Positions 12,461 to 26,900 of a DNA stretch of 64,000 nt are shown piece by piece (positions within the stretch are counted from its first letter, which is position 1; each line of letters begins with the position of its first letter). The translations under genes and the position numbers were made by a program. The stretch is taken from NCBI GenBank assembly GCA_047967505.1, contig CM106538.1, one strand, 5' to 3'. The DNA comes from Dipteris shenzhenensis (Eukaryota). A model generated the notes under the pieces. It searched no databases. It saw only the letters and a list, made by a program, of their open reading frames with translations, and had not been told where the DNA came from.

Positions 12461-12855
12461 AGTTCTTACACTTATTATTGAAAGAATATATATGTATTCT
12501 TTCGATTTTATGTGCATGAACTTTTAAGTATTCACATTCTTACACTTGCTTTTGAACGAACATTTTTTATTCTTTCAATAGTATGTGAAAGAGTGTTTTG
12601 TAATTTGTATTCTTCATCTGATAAAGTTACATTCTTTCACTTACTCTTGAATGAATATATTTATTCTTTCAAATGAATGTGAATGGATTTTTGCAATTTG
12701 CACTCCATGAATTTGAGTTCTTACACTTGTTATTGAAAGAATATATATGTATTCTTTTACTTTTATGTGTATGAACTCTTAAGTATACACATTCTTACAC
12801 TTTCTTTTAAATGAATATTTTTTATTCTTCCAATAGTATGTGAATGAATGTTTTG
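12461..12855 (+). repeat. Degenerate AT-rich tandem repeat (~255 bp higher-order unit built from shorter TTCTTACACTT subunits)
   Basis: AGTTCTTACACTT.TTATTGAAAGAATATATATGTATTCTTT occurs at 12461 and 12716, and ATTCTTACACTT recurs within each unit. Confidence 0.8.
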
Positions 12856-13367
12856 GGGTCATTGTTTGCTTGGGTGTAGCCATTTTTAGTGAGGTTCAGG
12901 GAATTCTCCGCATATAGGTATCTTGCATTACCCACATAAAGTATGCATTGCTCAACAGAATTCGGCAAAATTTTTCTTCAAGTTGTAGTACACATTACAA
13001 CTTGAACATAAGACCAAAAAATTATGGAATAAGGATTTTTAATGAGACGATTAAATCATTACAAGTGTTATGTTACATGTGAAGCATGCATCCTGAAGAC
13101 TATAGGAAATAGCAATTTATTCAATAACGTCAAAATTTTGTTCTGTAAATACACGCAACCAAGTAATCATTCAAAAGTACACTACGTGAGCTTCAACCCA
13201 AGGACACACCCAAATGAGAACATTAGGCATGGATTAACGGGCCTTAGATGTTGTGCTAAAGTGATGCACACCCATTTTAGGGCACGCTCCATAACTTTTT
13301 TTGATTTGTTGAAAACCAAAACGGATTGAAAATTTGGAATTCAAACTATGGGACTTCTACATGGTGG

Positions 13368-15284
13368 TGTGACGCCAACATAGATATCTTTTATTTTGCA
13401 TTGTATTGCTTTTCTCTATGTTTGACAAGAGTGTGAGTATCAAGTGATAGCCTAGTCGCTCTCACTTATTTCTATTTTCTAAGATATTGTATGCGATTGA
13501 GACGAGGAGTGGAATGGATCACTATAAATACCATGTAATGATAAATACCTTGGTATGGGGTAAGAGTTATTTGTGTATGGGATATTATGGGGATTTTAGA
13601 AAATATGTAGAGTGAGTCATATAAAGAGTGGGTCTTATGTCCATGTGTTCCAATAATGTAAGAGATATCACATGCCAAGTATGTGGAAGGCATGTGGGGG
13701 AATGTGGAGTCAAGAGGAATTGAGAAATCCATCTAGAATTCCTATGTAGAATAAGGAGGATGTGGACATTTGGAAAAGAGAGCATCCCTATGGGCTCCAT
13801 ATAGGGAGACTCTTGACTTTTTCAATATTTTAAGAGTCTTGAGCATCTTTTGATGGGACACATGTCAAGAGTAGCCAAAAATGACATGGAAGGTGACATA
13901 CAGGCTTATGTGATTGATGGGGAAAGGAATCTAAAGACAACAACTGTAAATGGGTAAAGGAGGGTGACAAAATCTCTATAAAAGGAGCCCTTCTCTCCCT
14001 TGTTCAACATCTGTTCCATCATTTAGCCTCATACTGTTGTAGCTCTAGTATCTTCAAGCCTCTTCTAGGAGCCTTCTCTCTCCCTCTTGTAGATATCCTC
14101 TTACGTAGACTCTTGAGTCCATATCTCTCTAGTTCATCCTCTCTCTATGAGTAGTCTTGGAGGTCTTGCTCCCTCTTGTATGTATGAAGCATCTTCTTCT
14201 CCCTTGACTTTGTAGTATTTTGAGTTGCATTTGAGTGGAGTCTCACTCTATTGGAAATGAAGGTCACCTTAGATTACTTCTCTTCAGTCTTCTCTCTTTC
14301 CATTGTTCTCTTCTTCCTTTAAAAGTCTTTAAAGTGCTTCTTACTCGGCCCCTCATTGTGTGCACATGGTCCACAGGTTTCCCGAGCCACGAAGGGCATC
14401 CTTTCCTCTATCCTAGGAGACCGTTATGGGTTTTGGATCATTGATAAAGTCTAAGCATGGAGGGACTATTCTCCCAAGTCGGCACCAGTAGAAGGGGCGT
14501 GTGTTTTTCATGACTGTTTGACCCCTTGTTAGTGTTTTGCTCATACTTTTTTGCTTAGTGGTCCGATTTTCATGAAACTTATATCAACAAGAATCTCTCT
14601 TTAAGGAGCATCTCGTTGGTTAATTAGATCTTATATGTGATATAGAACAAAAAAGTTATGAGACTCTGTGTTGGATAGTTTGTGTTTGGGACAGTTTTTA
14701 CTGCCGTCCCCTTAACTGTCCATATCTTTTCGACTGCTTCTCTATTTCTTATGAAACTTATATTAGTGCGAAGACCATTCTAGATGCATCTCTACATGCA
14801 TTTTAATCTTTGATGTCATGTCTCTACTAAAAGTTATAGGCCTCTGTGTCTAATAAAAGTTTGCAGAGTGCTTTGAGCTAGTTGTAGAGGTATCTATGAA
14901 GGAGGTGCAATGTTTCCCTGGAACCTACCCATCCAACCCAACCAGCCCCTTCAAACTCCTAGATATATATCATTTCATGTCATGTTGAGTCACAAGATCT
15001 TCTTTCAACAACGTATGACTCTTCTCTTTGGCGCAGACCGGCTTGCTGCTGCTGGATCATGGCCTCCACTGATCCTTTCCTTCTCCCTATGCTAGAGGAC
15101 ACCATCACGGGCTGTTACCATATTCATTATCATCTAAGGGATGAAAGTATGGTATGGTCTCTTGGCATGAAAGATTTGTTTTATTTCCCTTTTTTCAGTG
15201 ATATAAAAATCTCTGTCACTCAGTTTGAAAGTAGCAAGAAGCGAAGAGGTGCGTGAAGTTTATTACCCCCAACTTCATGTCACA
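13368..15284 (+). repeat. 5' LTR (~1.9 kb) of the Tat-like gypsy
   Basis: Aligns by eye to 24015-25140 and to 34600-34892, with TG...CA termini. Confidence 0.9.
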
Positions 15285-15289
15285 TATTT

Positions 15290-15305
15290 TGGTGGAGACG
15301 TTGGG
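15290..15305 (+). promoter_or_regulatory. Primer binding site, probably tRNA-Ala type
   Basis: TGGTGGAGACG follows the LTR end after a short spacer. TGGTGGAGA is complementary to the ...UCUCCACCA 3' end typical of tRNA-Ala. Confidence 0.6.
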
Positions 15306-15949
15306 TACAGATTCATCCCACCATACTAAATGGTCTCGGGTGTAGTGGATTACATGTTATGCCTAGTATAGGCATGTGTTTCTGATGTGATAAAGAGGAT
15401 GCCTGGAAGAACTCCATTAGAAGGGATTGTAACCCATTAAAGAGAACTAGAAGATTGTGAAGGTGATGCTCAAGCTATTCACACGGTCATCATGATCATA
15501 TCCTTTATGTTTGCACTCTTGAATATGTTGGTAAATTGACAATGCTGTTAGGCAAAATGATAGGTTGTGGATTAATTCATGCACTGTCAGCTTGGTGTGA
15601 AGAAGAGTTGAGTCTATGGGTGGTTTTTGACTATAATAGTGGAGTGGTGGTTCTCAATGCTTTCAACTTCTTTTGCTATGCAAATGATGAAGAGTACAAT
15701 ATCTTGAAGCTGTTATGGGCACTTCCAATTGTGAGAAGGGTGATTCTTGAATGCATCTATACATAATGGTTTCACGGTGTTGCTTGATGACTTATTTTTG
15801 AAGATTTGGTTGAGGATCACATTGTGGAGGGTTTTCAGCAAGTGGTTACACATAATAAGTTGGTCTTGGTATACTAAGGCACTCTGTGGGAGATTGTTTG
15901 GATCTTGCTTGGGATATTGTTTGGATCTTGGTGTTTCCTTTTCGTGTTT

Positions 15950-18900
15950 CATCATCGTGAAGATTCTAGTGTTTTGAGGGACCCAAGGGGAAGATCCAGA
16001 GTCTTATCTTTGGGAATTTGTTCGAGGCTGCCAGCTTTTGGGATGGTCCATCAAGGATCGAGTGGAGATTTTGCCCAATTTTCTTGAAGGTGTAGCCTTA
16101 AGTTAGCATGAGGCCTTGCCAGTAGACTCTACCAAGGAGGACTCGGACTAACTTGTGGCTGCAATGATGCAGAGATTTGGGGCAATGAAGTCACAAAATG
16201 CTTTGATGTTGCAATTGGGCCGGTTATATCAAGGAGAGGGTGAGATGGTCTTTGCATTGGCAATTCGACATGAAGCTTGAAAGGGCAACTTTGCAAGCTA
16301 TGACATTTGCATCATTAGCTCCTCAAAGTCTCTCAGGGAGGATGAAGCACTTAGAGATGAGAAAATTTGTGATGGAATGTAGCCTCGTCTTCGCTCATAA
16401 GTGACGAGGAAAGATCCAATGACATACGTGGAGGCGCTTCACATTGTGACCAAGAAAGACGCTTCATAGAAATCGAATCCTCTTTTGTGTCTTCAACAGC
16501 TTCAACTTCTAAGGTGGAGGTAATGGGCACTCATCAGGTACCAAAGTCCTCTGAGTTAGACCACAATATCTCCCAATTGACGGTAGAGTTTGTTGATTCG
16601 AAATTGCATTTGGTTAATGCACGATAACCTAGAGCACCCAAGAGTGAGGATAGGCCTTGAGATAAGAGTGGGGTCACTTGCTATGGATGTAATGAAAAAG
16701 GTCACTATCGCCTTGAGTGTCCTAGATTGAGAAAGAAAGAAGAAAAACAAGTATCCTTGATAGAAGCTTCTTCAGGGGATGAGGAAAGAGAGGTAATGAT
16801 GGCTAAATGGGGTGTGGTAAAGCAAAAGAAGAAGAAGAAAGCAAGGAAGAAGTAGATGAGGAAGATCAGGAAGAGGAACACCTTAGTAAGAAAAAGAAGG
16901 CATCTAGAAGGAGAATTAGCCAGTTAGACTTTCCTTTAGGAAAAGGCATTGGAAGCTATGACTTGTTGTTTGACCTTAAAGAAAAGGAAGCTCATATCAC
17001 CTTTGGTCAATTACTTGCTTTGTCTCCAAAACTACAGAAAGAATGGGGAAAGCTAGCAAGCACAAGGGTGTCAAAGAAGAAAAAAAAAGAAAAGTGTCAT
17101 TCTTGTTGTTTAAAAGGTAGATATAGATGTTGGTAATGATGTACCTATGGTTGATATGGTCATTGATGGTCAAGTGATTTATAATGTTTACATTGATGGA
17201 GGTGCATCGATTAATGTCATGAGTGAGAAGACCATGATAGAGCTGATTTAAAATAATATAGTACTACCTCTCCTTATCTCATCAAATTGGCTGACAACAC
17301 TAGGGTAAATACCTTGGGAGTTGTGAAGTAGAAGTGGATGTATGTGGAATTTTTGCGATGACTACTTTCTCAGGTGATCCCTACCAAGCTAGATGCACAT
17401 GCCTATCCATTGATTTTGGGAAGGCCTTGGCTACACAAGTTGAAATTTGTTCAAAAGTGGGATACTGGAGAATTGATTTTGTAGAAAAATGATAAGAAGG
17501 TGCACTACAACATCAGAAGTTGCAAAAAGGAAGTTGTCAAGGAGGAGTCTTCAACATCAGAGAGTTCAAGATCTGACTTAATCGATGAAGAAGAAGAGAC
17601 AGGGTGTAGCTCTGAGGAGTCCAGCTCAGAGGGTGAGGTGGAAGGAGTGGCCTTTGGTCTTTGTCTTGGTGCTAATCGGGATGAGTTAGGAGGGAACAAG
17701 GTAGTGGTACAAGAAGATCTTGCAAAGACACTTCACGTGGAGGATGTGGAGCACACTAAATGACAACAATGCAATGAAGAGCTTCTTGGTGATTCTCTAT
17801 TAGGTAGTGAGAAGCTCCAATACTTAGATATGTTAGATGATTTCCCATATCTCTTTGCAACAAGCTATTCACAGGTTTCGACCAATCTCTCTTATGGAGA
17901 ACAAGATTGAGATGAAGCTAGAAAACAAGCCATTTGTGCAACACTTAAGGCGGGGTGATCCAAGCTGAGGCACTAAAGAAAGAAGTAACACAACTACTTG
18001 AGGCTGGATTCATCTTTCTTGTTGATGATTCAGAATGGATATCTCATGTAGTTGTCGCACCGAAGAAAGGAAATAAGTAGCAGGTTTGTGTGGACTTTCA
18101 TCCTTTGAATGCATGCAGTAAGAGGGATCATTTTCCTTTGGCATTCCAAGACAAAATACTAGACCAAGTAGCAGGGCATGAGATGTATTCTGTATGTGAT
18201 GGGTATTCTAGGTACTTTCAAATTCACATTAGGGAGGAAGATCAAAAGAAGACATCATTTGTCACACCTTGTGGAGTATTTGCTTATAGAGTGATGCCTT
18301 TTGGGTTGACCAATGCACCAGCTACATTTTAAAGGTTCATGAGAGTTAAGCACTTGATCCTAACTTGGGAAACTTCATAAGGGTGTTTTTGGATGATTTT
18401 TACATTTATTCTTGGTGCATAGACTATATGGAGAAGTTAAAGATGGCCTTAGCCAAGATTGATGAAGCAAAAGGGTGTCTAAATCCTAGCAAGTGTCATT
18501 TGGATCAAACAAAAGTAGTTTTATTGGGGCATATTATGTCTAAAGAAGGCTTGCAAATGGATCCTGACAAGGTTCAAGCAATCGTGTCATTGCCAAATCC
18601 TAGCAGTGTGACTGGTGTTCACGTAGAACTGTAGGAAAGAGCAAGTATTATAAATGCTTTTGTGACGATTTCATAGAGAAAAGGAATTTCTTTCCAATGG
18701 GGTGTGGAGCAACAAGCAGAGATTATGTTAACATAATATCATAAATGTGAAAATGTTATTAACATTGCATACTTACATTGTAAACTCACGTTAATAATGT
18801 GTGTATTATCGTAATCAATCAACCGATAGACCAGCTATTTAATTATCCCACTGGGCTATTGCAATAGCCTGGAGGGCCCCGTCGAGAGATGATTAAATCT

Positions 18901-21900
18901 CGATGGGCTTCCTTAATACATAATATAAATGTCCCTAGATTTGGAGAAGCATGTAGAGATAGCTCCTTGGACAGTACACCCTTGCTAAGGCTTGGTTGTT
19001 CACTATTCTTAGAACTAAGCTCTAAAATGATTTGTTGATTGGGCCATTTTTCCTACTCTTGGGCTATGTTGGTCCCTGATACAGACATTTCTTTAGAGTG
19101 TTGATGAGACCTGTCTTGTTGTGCGGATTGGGCTATTTGTCCTTTGTTGGGCAAGGGCAACAGTCCATGATACGTATCATTGCAAGGACCTTCAACACTC
19201 AGTTTGTTAATTGTAGAGTTTGTGTTTAGGTATTTGGGCCATTTGTCCTTTGGGCAAGAGTATTCCTAATATCTATCCTCACGTGTTGCTTGTGATTGTA
19301 TGTTATTTGTTGTGTATTGTGGGCTACTAGTCCTATCATTGGGCAGTAGTGGTCCTCGTGTGATGTTTATGACATAGGTATTATGCAGTGGATCTTGGGT
19401 TAGTTGTCCTATAGTGAGTTGGGCAAAACTAATCCTTGAGGAGGCCATTCATCTTAGTTGTATTTGTGTTTTGTTGTGTGGTTGACTTTTGGGCATTGTG
19501 TCCTATTCTGGGTAGTATATGTCCTAAAGAAAAGCTCACTATTGTGTTATTATTTTTGAATCATGTGTATCTTGTATTGTTAAGTTTGTGTTGTAGCCTG
19601 TGTGCATGTATTTTTCAATGATAGTTTTTATATAGGACCACATGTGAAGACAATAGAGAGGCTTTCAAATTATACATTGGTAACTCCAGAGAGAAGATTA
19701 TTGACTGCTACGAGGTCTCAGGTATGCAAAATCTTATGTTTTTTTAACTTTGTAGTGTTTTAATATTTAGAGTATATGTAAGTGCTATTGCCTATTGGTT
19801 TTGTAAAATGTTAGTTTAGTATTTCATTGTTGCATGTTCATATTGTAAACTCTATGAAATATGAGTTAATTGCTTAAATGTGTTCATGGAAAATTATGTG
19901 ATAAAGGTTGATGTAAAAGATGTAGAATCCTTAGTCATTATTACAAGTTAGAAGTTATTTACTCTCGTGAGGGATTTGTGATAATTAGGCCTTATACTAG
20001 AACAAAGGAATCAATGGAAGATGGTACAGATCCTAGTTTAGTGCAAGTCAGCCATGCTCGTTCACAAGGCTCTAGACCACAAGCAACACTTACGGAGTCT
20101 AATCCTAGTCAAAAAACACAAAGCAAAAAGTTGCCCGGTGTTGAGTGGCAATTTGTCAATAACTTAAATGGCAAATATTATGACTGGGTGTGCAAATACT
20201 ATAAAGTACAAAAGAGTGGTAGATCACTTCTTTGGCAGTAATCTCAAGTCAATAGGAAAATGCACCTATCTAGGCAGAGACTGGCTACAAGGCTTAGGGA
20301 AGAAATAGCTAAGGAAGAAAAGAAGAAAGGGCATCATCGAGGAACAAGGCTTGGCAATGCTTTTGCATGCACAAACACATCATGTGATCAATGTGGCCAG
20401 TGGGATGCACATTGATTTAGATAGAATAGATCTTGAAATAGAGATCGAATCAAATGTTTCATAGGCCAATATACATGTAACTGAAAGGATGCATGAAAAT
20501 AAAAATCTGAGTTCATCTCAAACACCTTCTTCAGTGATGAGGCAAACATCCTTGCGTGAAAGCTTTCGAGGGCCTTTGTTGGAAGATGCATAGTATGCAC
20601 TTGCAAAGGCAATATTATTCATAGGATCATCATTGTGGATGGTAGACAAGCAACCATGGAAACATGCATGGAAGAAGATTGGTGAATTCGGGGTCCTGGT
20701 TTCACTCCTCCATCTTATCACAATACCAGGCATTCTTTGCTAGACAAATGCTATGAAGAGGTGAAAGAGAGAGTCAACCGAGTAGTCTTAAATAATCTTG
20801 ATCTTTTAGGATGTACAATTGTGAGTGACGGTTGGTCAAATGTACAACGTCACCCTCTCATCAATGTAATGGTTGTCTCACCTTGTGGCGAACACTTTTT
20901 AAGAGATTTTGATAGCTCTGGTCAAATTAAGATGGCGGGCACTAACATAGCATAGGTTATTGTTGATGTTATTAATAGTGTGGGAGCAGTATTTATGGTA
21001 CAAGTGGTGATGGACAATGCAAAAAAATGTCGAGATGCAAGCATAGGACCACGTATATATGCAACTAGTTGCAATACCCACAGCTTGAATTTGGTTCTGT
21101 GGGATTGGCACAAGAGTGATTATACACAGTGGTTCAAGAAGCCTATCGAACATGCTCGAAAAATAGCAAAATTTGTGCTTAATAGACAATGAGACCTTGA
21201 CATCTTTCGACCACATATGAATTCAATGTTAAAGCTACTGGTAGAAACAAGATTTGCTACGCACTTTTATGTTCTTGAGGCTTTGTTGAAAAACAAAGAT
21301 CCTATTAAAGAGACATTCTCATGCACCCTCTATAGAACATGGGAAGAGGTTCAAAAAGAGAGCGTATGAAATAAGAGTGCTGAGATGAAAAAATTAGTTG
21401 AGAAGGACTTGTTCTGGAAGAACGTGGGAGATGCATACCATGTAATGAAAATAAGATTCAAAATAACATAATGATTAAGGTTTAAATTTTACATGAAGGT
21501 TGAAGGTTGTAGCACAAGTAGGTTGTAGGGAGATGAATGTGAGGGAGCCTACCGCAGGCCTGCCATATAGAATAAATAGCCCGCTGGGCTTTTTGATTAT
21601 CTCGACGGGAAAAGCATATTTCCCAACAGGCCCCAGCGAGATTTTGCCAAATCCTGTCGAGGTTTTTGCAGGTTATCAGGTCACTAACATTGACTTGCTC
21701 TTAATAACATGATGATGTGAAGCTGTTATTAACACATGTTATTAATGTAAAAAAGGCCCGTGATTACGTAACTACTTGAACCCTGGCAATAGGAGTCTTT
21801 TCAGCAACTTAAGGAGGCCATGAGTAAGGGCCCAATATTAAAGCCCCCTGATTGGTCCTAAGACTTTTATGTAAATCCAAGTGTATCTTTGCATTCAGTT

Positions 21901-23950
21901 GGTGTTGTATTGCTACAAAAAGGAGAGGTAGGTAGAATGAAACCCATCTATTATGCTAGCCAATAGCTTACAAAGGTGGAAACAAGATATGAAGAAATGG
22001 AGCAACAAGCTCTTTCTTTGGTGTTTTCAAACATGAAGTTTTGCTTCTATTTATTGCCTCGATCCTTTTTCTTCCTTACCTATCAGTTTGTATTAGCATA
22101 TCTAGTTCACAAGCCTAATCCTGGGGGAAGATTTACAAAATGGTTGTTAGAGCTTCAGGAGTTCTCTTTCTCTTTTGTCACTAAAAATTACCACTAGGTC
22201 CACTATGGCAGATTTGCTCACAGGACGGGAGGATCTAGTAGAAGAAAATAAATTTAAGGAGGACATTAAGGATGAAAGGGAGACACCACCAGCAACTTTT
22301 GTTTTGTATTTTTATGGGGCTTTAGTCCTTCACGCCAACAAGGAGCCGAGGGGATGGCCTTGATGAATTCTAAAGGGCAAGAGGTATGGGCAAGAGGACA
22401 AGCACTTCTAGGTATCACAACTAATAATGCAGCTAATTATAATGCTTTGATTCTTGGTTTGGAGGGTTGTCTTCAAAGTCACATTAAAGAATTGGAAGTA
22501 AGAGGAGATTCTCAGCTTATTATAAAGCAAATACAAGGGCATTACAAGACAAGAAGTCCTCATTTGAAGGAGCTTAATCAGAAGGCTATGGCACTGTGCA
22601 GTCAGTTTGATTTTTGCACGTTTGTTCCTATAAACAGAAAAGAAAATCAAAGGGCAGATGAGTTAGCTACTCAAGCCATTACAGTACAAGATGGGGGGGT
22701 GGTTTCTTTGGTAGACATTGAATGGCTTAAACTACAAGATGTTCAAAAATATGTGGAAGAAGGCATGTTTCCTCAAGGGTTAACTCCACAACAAAAGTGG
22801 AGATCAGTAAGGAAGTATTTCCCCTAAACTATTGTTGATGACATTCTTTATAAATTGGGAAAAGGTAAGGTGCTCTGTCTGGTGGTCCATCCCACAGAAA
22901 CTAGGAGAATCCTAGAAATGTGTCATGAATTCTCCAGTCATTTTGCTTCAGCAAGCACAGCTAGGAGAATTCTTAATGCAGGTTACTTTTGGCCACGCCT
23001 CCATAAGGATGTATATGAATGGTGTCAGAGTTGTACAATATGCCAAAAGTTTGAAAGGAAACAGTTGATCCCCGGGCCCTTGAAGCCTATTCCAGCATAT
23101 GGACCTTTTGAGAGGTGGGGGTTGGACTTTGTGGGACCACTCCCTCGTTCATCTCAGGGCAAGCATTATTTATTGGTGGCCACAAATTATGTAACTCGGT
23201 GGCTAGAGGCCAAGGCCATAGTAAATAGCAAGGCAAGCACAGTTGCAAAATTTCTCTTTGACTAAATTTGTTCATGCTTTGGTTGTCCTTTGGAAATTCT
23301 CACTAATGGAGGAACCTCTTTTAGAAATGAACTAATTGAGGATGTGGTGCGTAAGCTAAAGATAAATCATCATACTATCCCCAATGTAATGGATTGGCTG
23401 AGAAAACAAATGGATTGTTGTGCAATTCAATGGGAAAGCTTGTAGACACCAAGAAAAGGCATTGGGATAGGCATTTGGCAGAATTCTTATGGGCTTATAG
23501 AACCACACACAATCTAGCCATTGGGTTTACACCATTCCAACTAGTGTATGGGATAGAAGCCATTTTGCCCATTCAATTGGAGATACATAGTCGTTGCATT
23601 ATTGTTGCAAGAATAGAAGGACAGGAAGATGCCTATACTCAATGCTTGGTACAGTTGGAAGCCTTGGATGAATGCAGATTATAGGCCTAACAAAACTTGA
23701 AAGCTTCTCCAAAAATGCACAAGGCCTGTTTTGGCACCAAATTATGCAAGAAGAAGCATATTGCAAAAGGAGATTTGGTCCTGAGATTTGATAGCCATTT
23801 GGACAAGTGGCTAGACAAAACATTTATTGGCCAATGGGAGGAACTAGGGAGGAAGCATATCGAGTCAAGAAGAAGTTCAGCAGCTTGAGGATGTTGATGG
23901 CATGGCGATACCCGGATGCACCAATGAGTATTGCCTTAAATTCTTCTATG
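15950..23950 (+). pseudogene. Frameshifted gag-pol of the Tat-like gypsy, interrupted by the hAT at 18717-21785
   Basis: ORF fragments: RT (DHFPL, MPFGLTNAPATF, FLDD), aRH (TNNAANYNAL, GDSQLII, ENQRADELA) and INT (GYFWP, CQSCTICQ, WGLDFVGP, LWAYRTT). There are many stops and frameshifts. Confidence 0.9.
18717..21785 (+). mobile_element. Defective hAT-superfamily DNA transposon with DUF659-type transposase remnant (~20000-21450)
   Basis: Interrupts pol at FQWGVEQQ|ESFQQLKEAM. It has an 8-bp TSD GCAACAAG/GCAATAGG and degenerate CAG...CTG termini. Transposase motifs GCTIVSDGWSNVQRHPLINVMV, VQVVMDNA, CNTHSLNL and ETRFAT are present. The C-terminus is missing. Confidence 0.88.
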
Positions 23951-26900
23951 CTTGACCACCTTGAGGGCTAGTAGACCCTCTCTATTACTAGAGAGGATCT
24001 GCTCAGGGGAAAGATGTGACACCAAAAATAGATATCTTTTAATTTGGATTGGTATTGCTTTTCTCTATGTTCGATAAGAGTGTGAGTATCAAGGGATGAC
24101 CTAGTGGCTCTCACTTATTTCTATTTTCTAAGATAGTGTATGGGATTGAGACGATGAGTGGAATGGATCATTATAAATACCATGTGTATGAATGATAAAT
24201 ACCTTGGTATGGGATGAGAGATATTTGCATATGGGATATTATGGGGATTCTTGAAAATAGGAAGAGTGATATAAAGAGTGGGTCTTATGTCCATGTGTTC
24301 CAATAATGTAAGAGAGATCACATGGCAAGCATGTGGGAGGCATGTGGGAGAGTGTGGAGTCAAGAGGAATCCATCTAGAATTCCTACGTGGAATAAGGAG
24401 GATCTGGACATTTGGATAAGAGAGGGTCCCTATGTGCTCCATATAGGAGACTCTTGACTTTCTTGATATTTTAAGAGTATTGAGCATCTTTTAATGGGAC
24501 ATATGTCAAGAGTAGCCAAAAAAGACATGGATGGTGACATATGGGCTTACATAATTGATGGGGAAAGGAATCTACAGGCAACAATTGTAGATGGGTAAAG
24601 GAGGGTGACAAAATCTCTATAAAAGGAGCCCTTCTCTCCCCTGTTCAACATGTCTTCCACCATTGAGCCTCATGTTGTTGTAGCTCTAGTGTCCTCAAGC
24701 CTCTTCTAGGAGCCTTCTCCCTCCCTCTTGTAGATATCCTCTTATGGACTCTTGAGTCCATATGTGTCTAGTTCATTCTCTTTCTATGAATAGTCTTGGA
24801 GCTCCCGCTCCCTCTTGTATGTATGAACCTCTTCTTCTCCCTTGACTTTGTAGTAGTTTGAGTTTCATTTGAGTGGAGTCTCACTCTATTGAAAATGAAG
24901 GTCACTCTAGATTACTTCCCTTGAGTCCTCTCTCCTTCCATTGTTCTCTTCTTCCTTTCAAAGTCTTCAAAGTGCTTCTTACTCGGCCACTCACATTGTG
25001 CGCACATGGTCCACACATTTCCTGAGCCATGAAGGGAATCGTTTCCTCTCTCCAAGGAGACCTCTATGGGTTTTGGATCATTGATAAAGTCTAAGCATGG
25101 AGGGAGTATTCTCCCAAGTCGGCACTAGTAGGAGTGTGTGTTTAGTGTAAGAGCATGGGGGGGGGGGAAGGAGAGAGAGGGGAAGGGAGGCAGAGGAGGA
25201 GAAGGAGGGAGGAGGAGAAGGGAGGAGGAGGAGGAGGAGGGAGGAAGAGAAGGGAGGAGGAGGGAGGAGGAAGAGGAGGAGGGGGAGAGGATGGGTTGCA
25301 AGGTTGGAGGAGAGGGGAGGAGGAGTTGCAAGGTTAGAACATGATTTTGGACATGGAGTGCAAGGAAGCATGGACACTTGGAGACAATTGCTTGGAATAC
25401 CAAAGTAGAACTCAACACAATGCCCCCAAAGAGTGTGGGATTCATTCCATTATGGGGTATTCATACAAGTTAGAGAGCTTCTCTCTGCATGTAGGAATTG
25501 TAAGACATTCTTTCTCTACATGTAGAACTTGCATATAGAAGTTGCATGTAGGAGTTGCATGTAGAACATGCATGTAGGAGTTGCATGTAGAACATGCATG
25601 TAGAAGTTGCAAGTAGAACTTGCATGTTGAGGATTCCTAAGAGAGATTATTTTTAGCCTTATGCAAGTACAAGCGGAATGGATCCATGATGAATATGTTG
25701 TCTCTGTGCCAACATGGACCTAGCTAGCATAGAATGTGTGTGTAGAGTAGCAAGCATGGCCTATGCCATAATCTCTATAGAGTGGTTAGAAAGTAGTGAG
25801 GCTACCACGATGAGGGCACTCTGTGATTTGGTGATTTTCTCCACAACTGTAGCACTTGATTGGTGCTCGATATGTGTTGGGTCGAACTTGATTTGCATAG
25901 ACTGGTATTAAACCTTCCACACCTTCCACATAGTATATTGGGTACTCAGCTTCATACTCGAATGGTGAATCCACTTCCTCAGCCTATAGTTGTATTGGAA
26001 CTAGCAGAGGAGCTAGATTTGGCACTCTTGGATATGGTCTTGGATTTGGATTCTTGAGTAATTGTGGGACTTGTGTCCGGATGAGAACAAGATTCAACCT
26101 TGGAGTTGGGGGCACTTGTGCAAGTGCCAATTGCCTATACACTGGCATGGGTGCCGGTTGGCATTGTTGAGGTCGAGGCGGGTTGTTGTGCATGTTGAAG
26201 ATGCAACTATTTTCATCATGGCCACCGACTACACAGATATGGCACCACAACCTTGGCAGTGGATTTGCCTGTGCAGTGATCCTGGCTCTTAGGACTGGGC
26301 TTTCATTTGTTGTATGATTGGCCAGGTACTATGGGCACCATACATTTTCTCACTATGGATAAGTCTAAGGTGGTAGTTGAGACATGTGAAGCTTTTGTTT
26401 CATGGCCTACATCATTTCTTCTTTTAGCTGGCTTCTAGGTGATCATTAGACTTTTGGTAGTGGAGGTGGATTTTTCCTTTTTAGAGCACTTATCTCGTGC
26501 ACTAGATCTTCCATCATCACTACTAGTGTCAGAGTTGGTCATGCCATCCTCAATGTGAATGGCTGCCGTATGAGCAACACTAAATGTTTCGTAACTGCTA
26601 ATATTTTTTATGTTTGCAGATTTTCTTCCTTAGGCTTGCAATGAACCAGGCCATGAGGTACTTAGCATCAGGGCATGGGTCACATTTGACAATTAAGCAT
26701 TTCATCTTGCCTAGGTACGTGCGTACATCTTCTCGGTGACCTTGTTCGAGCTTGCTTAGTTGGAGAGCCGGATCATCTTGTAGTCTCTCCATTTGAAAGT
26801 GCCTCTTGAATTCGTTTGCAGTAGGTCCCATGTGGCTTTTTCTTCCACTAGGAGGTCTAGGTACCATTCTGAGGCTTCATCGGTCAAGGCCACGGGGAAC

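Noticed and set aside
25484-25630. CRISPR-like appearance of short repeated units (also 36378-36860)
   Set aside because: These are tandem units without unique spacers, there are no cas genes, and the context is eukaryotic.
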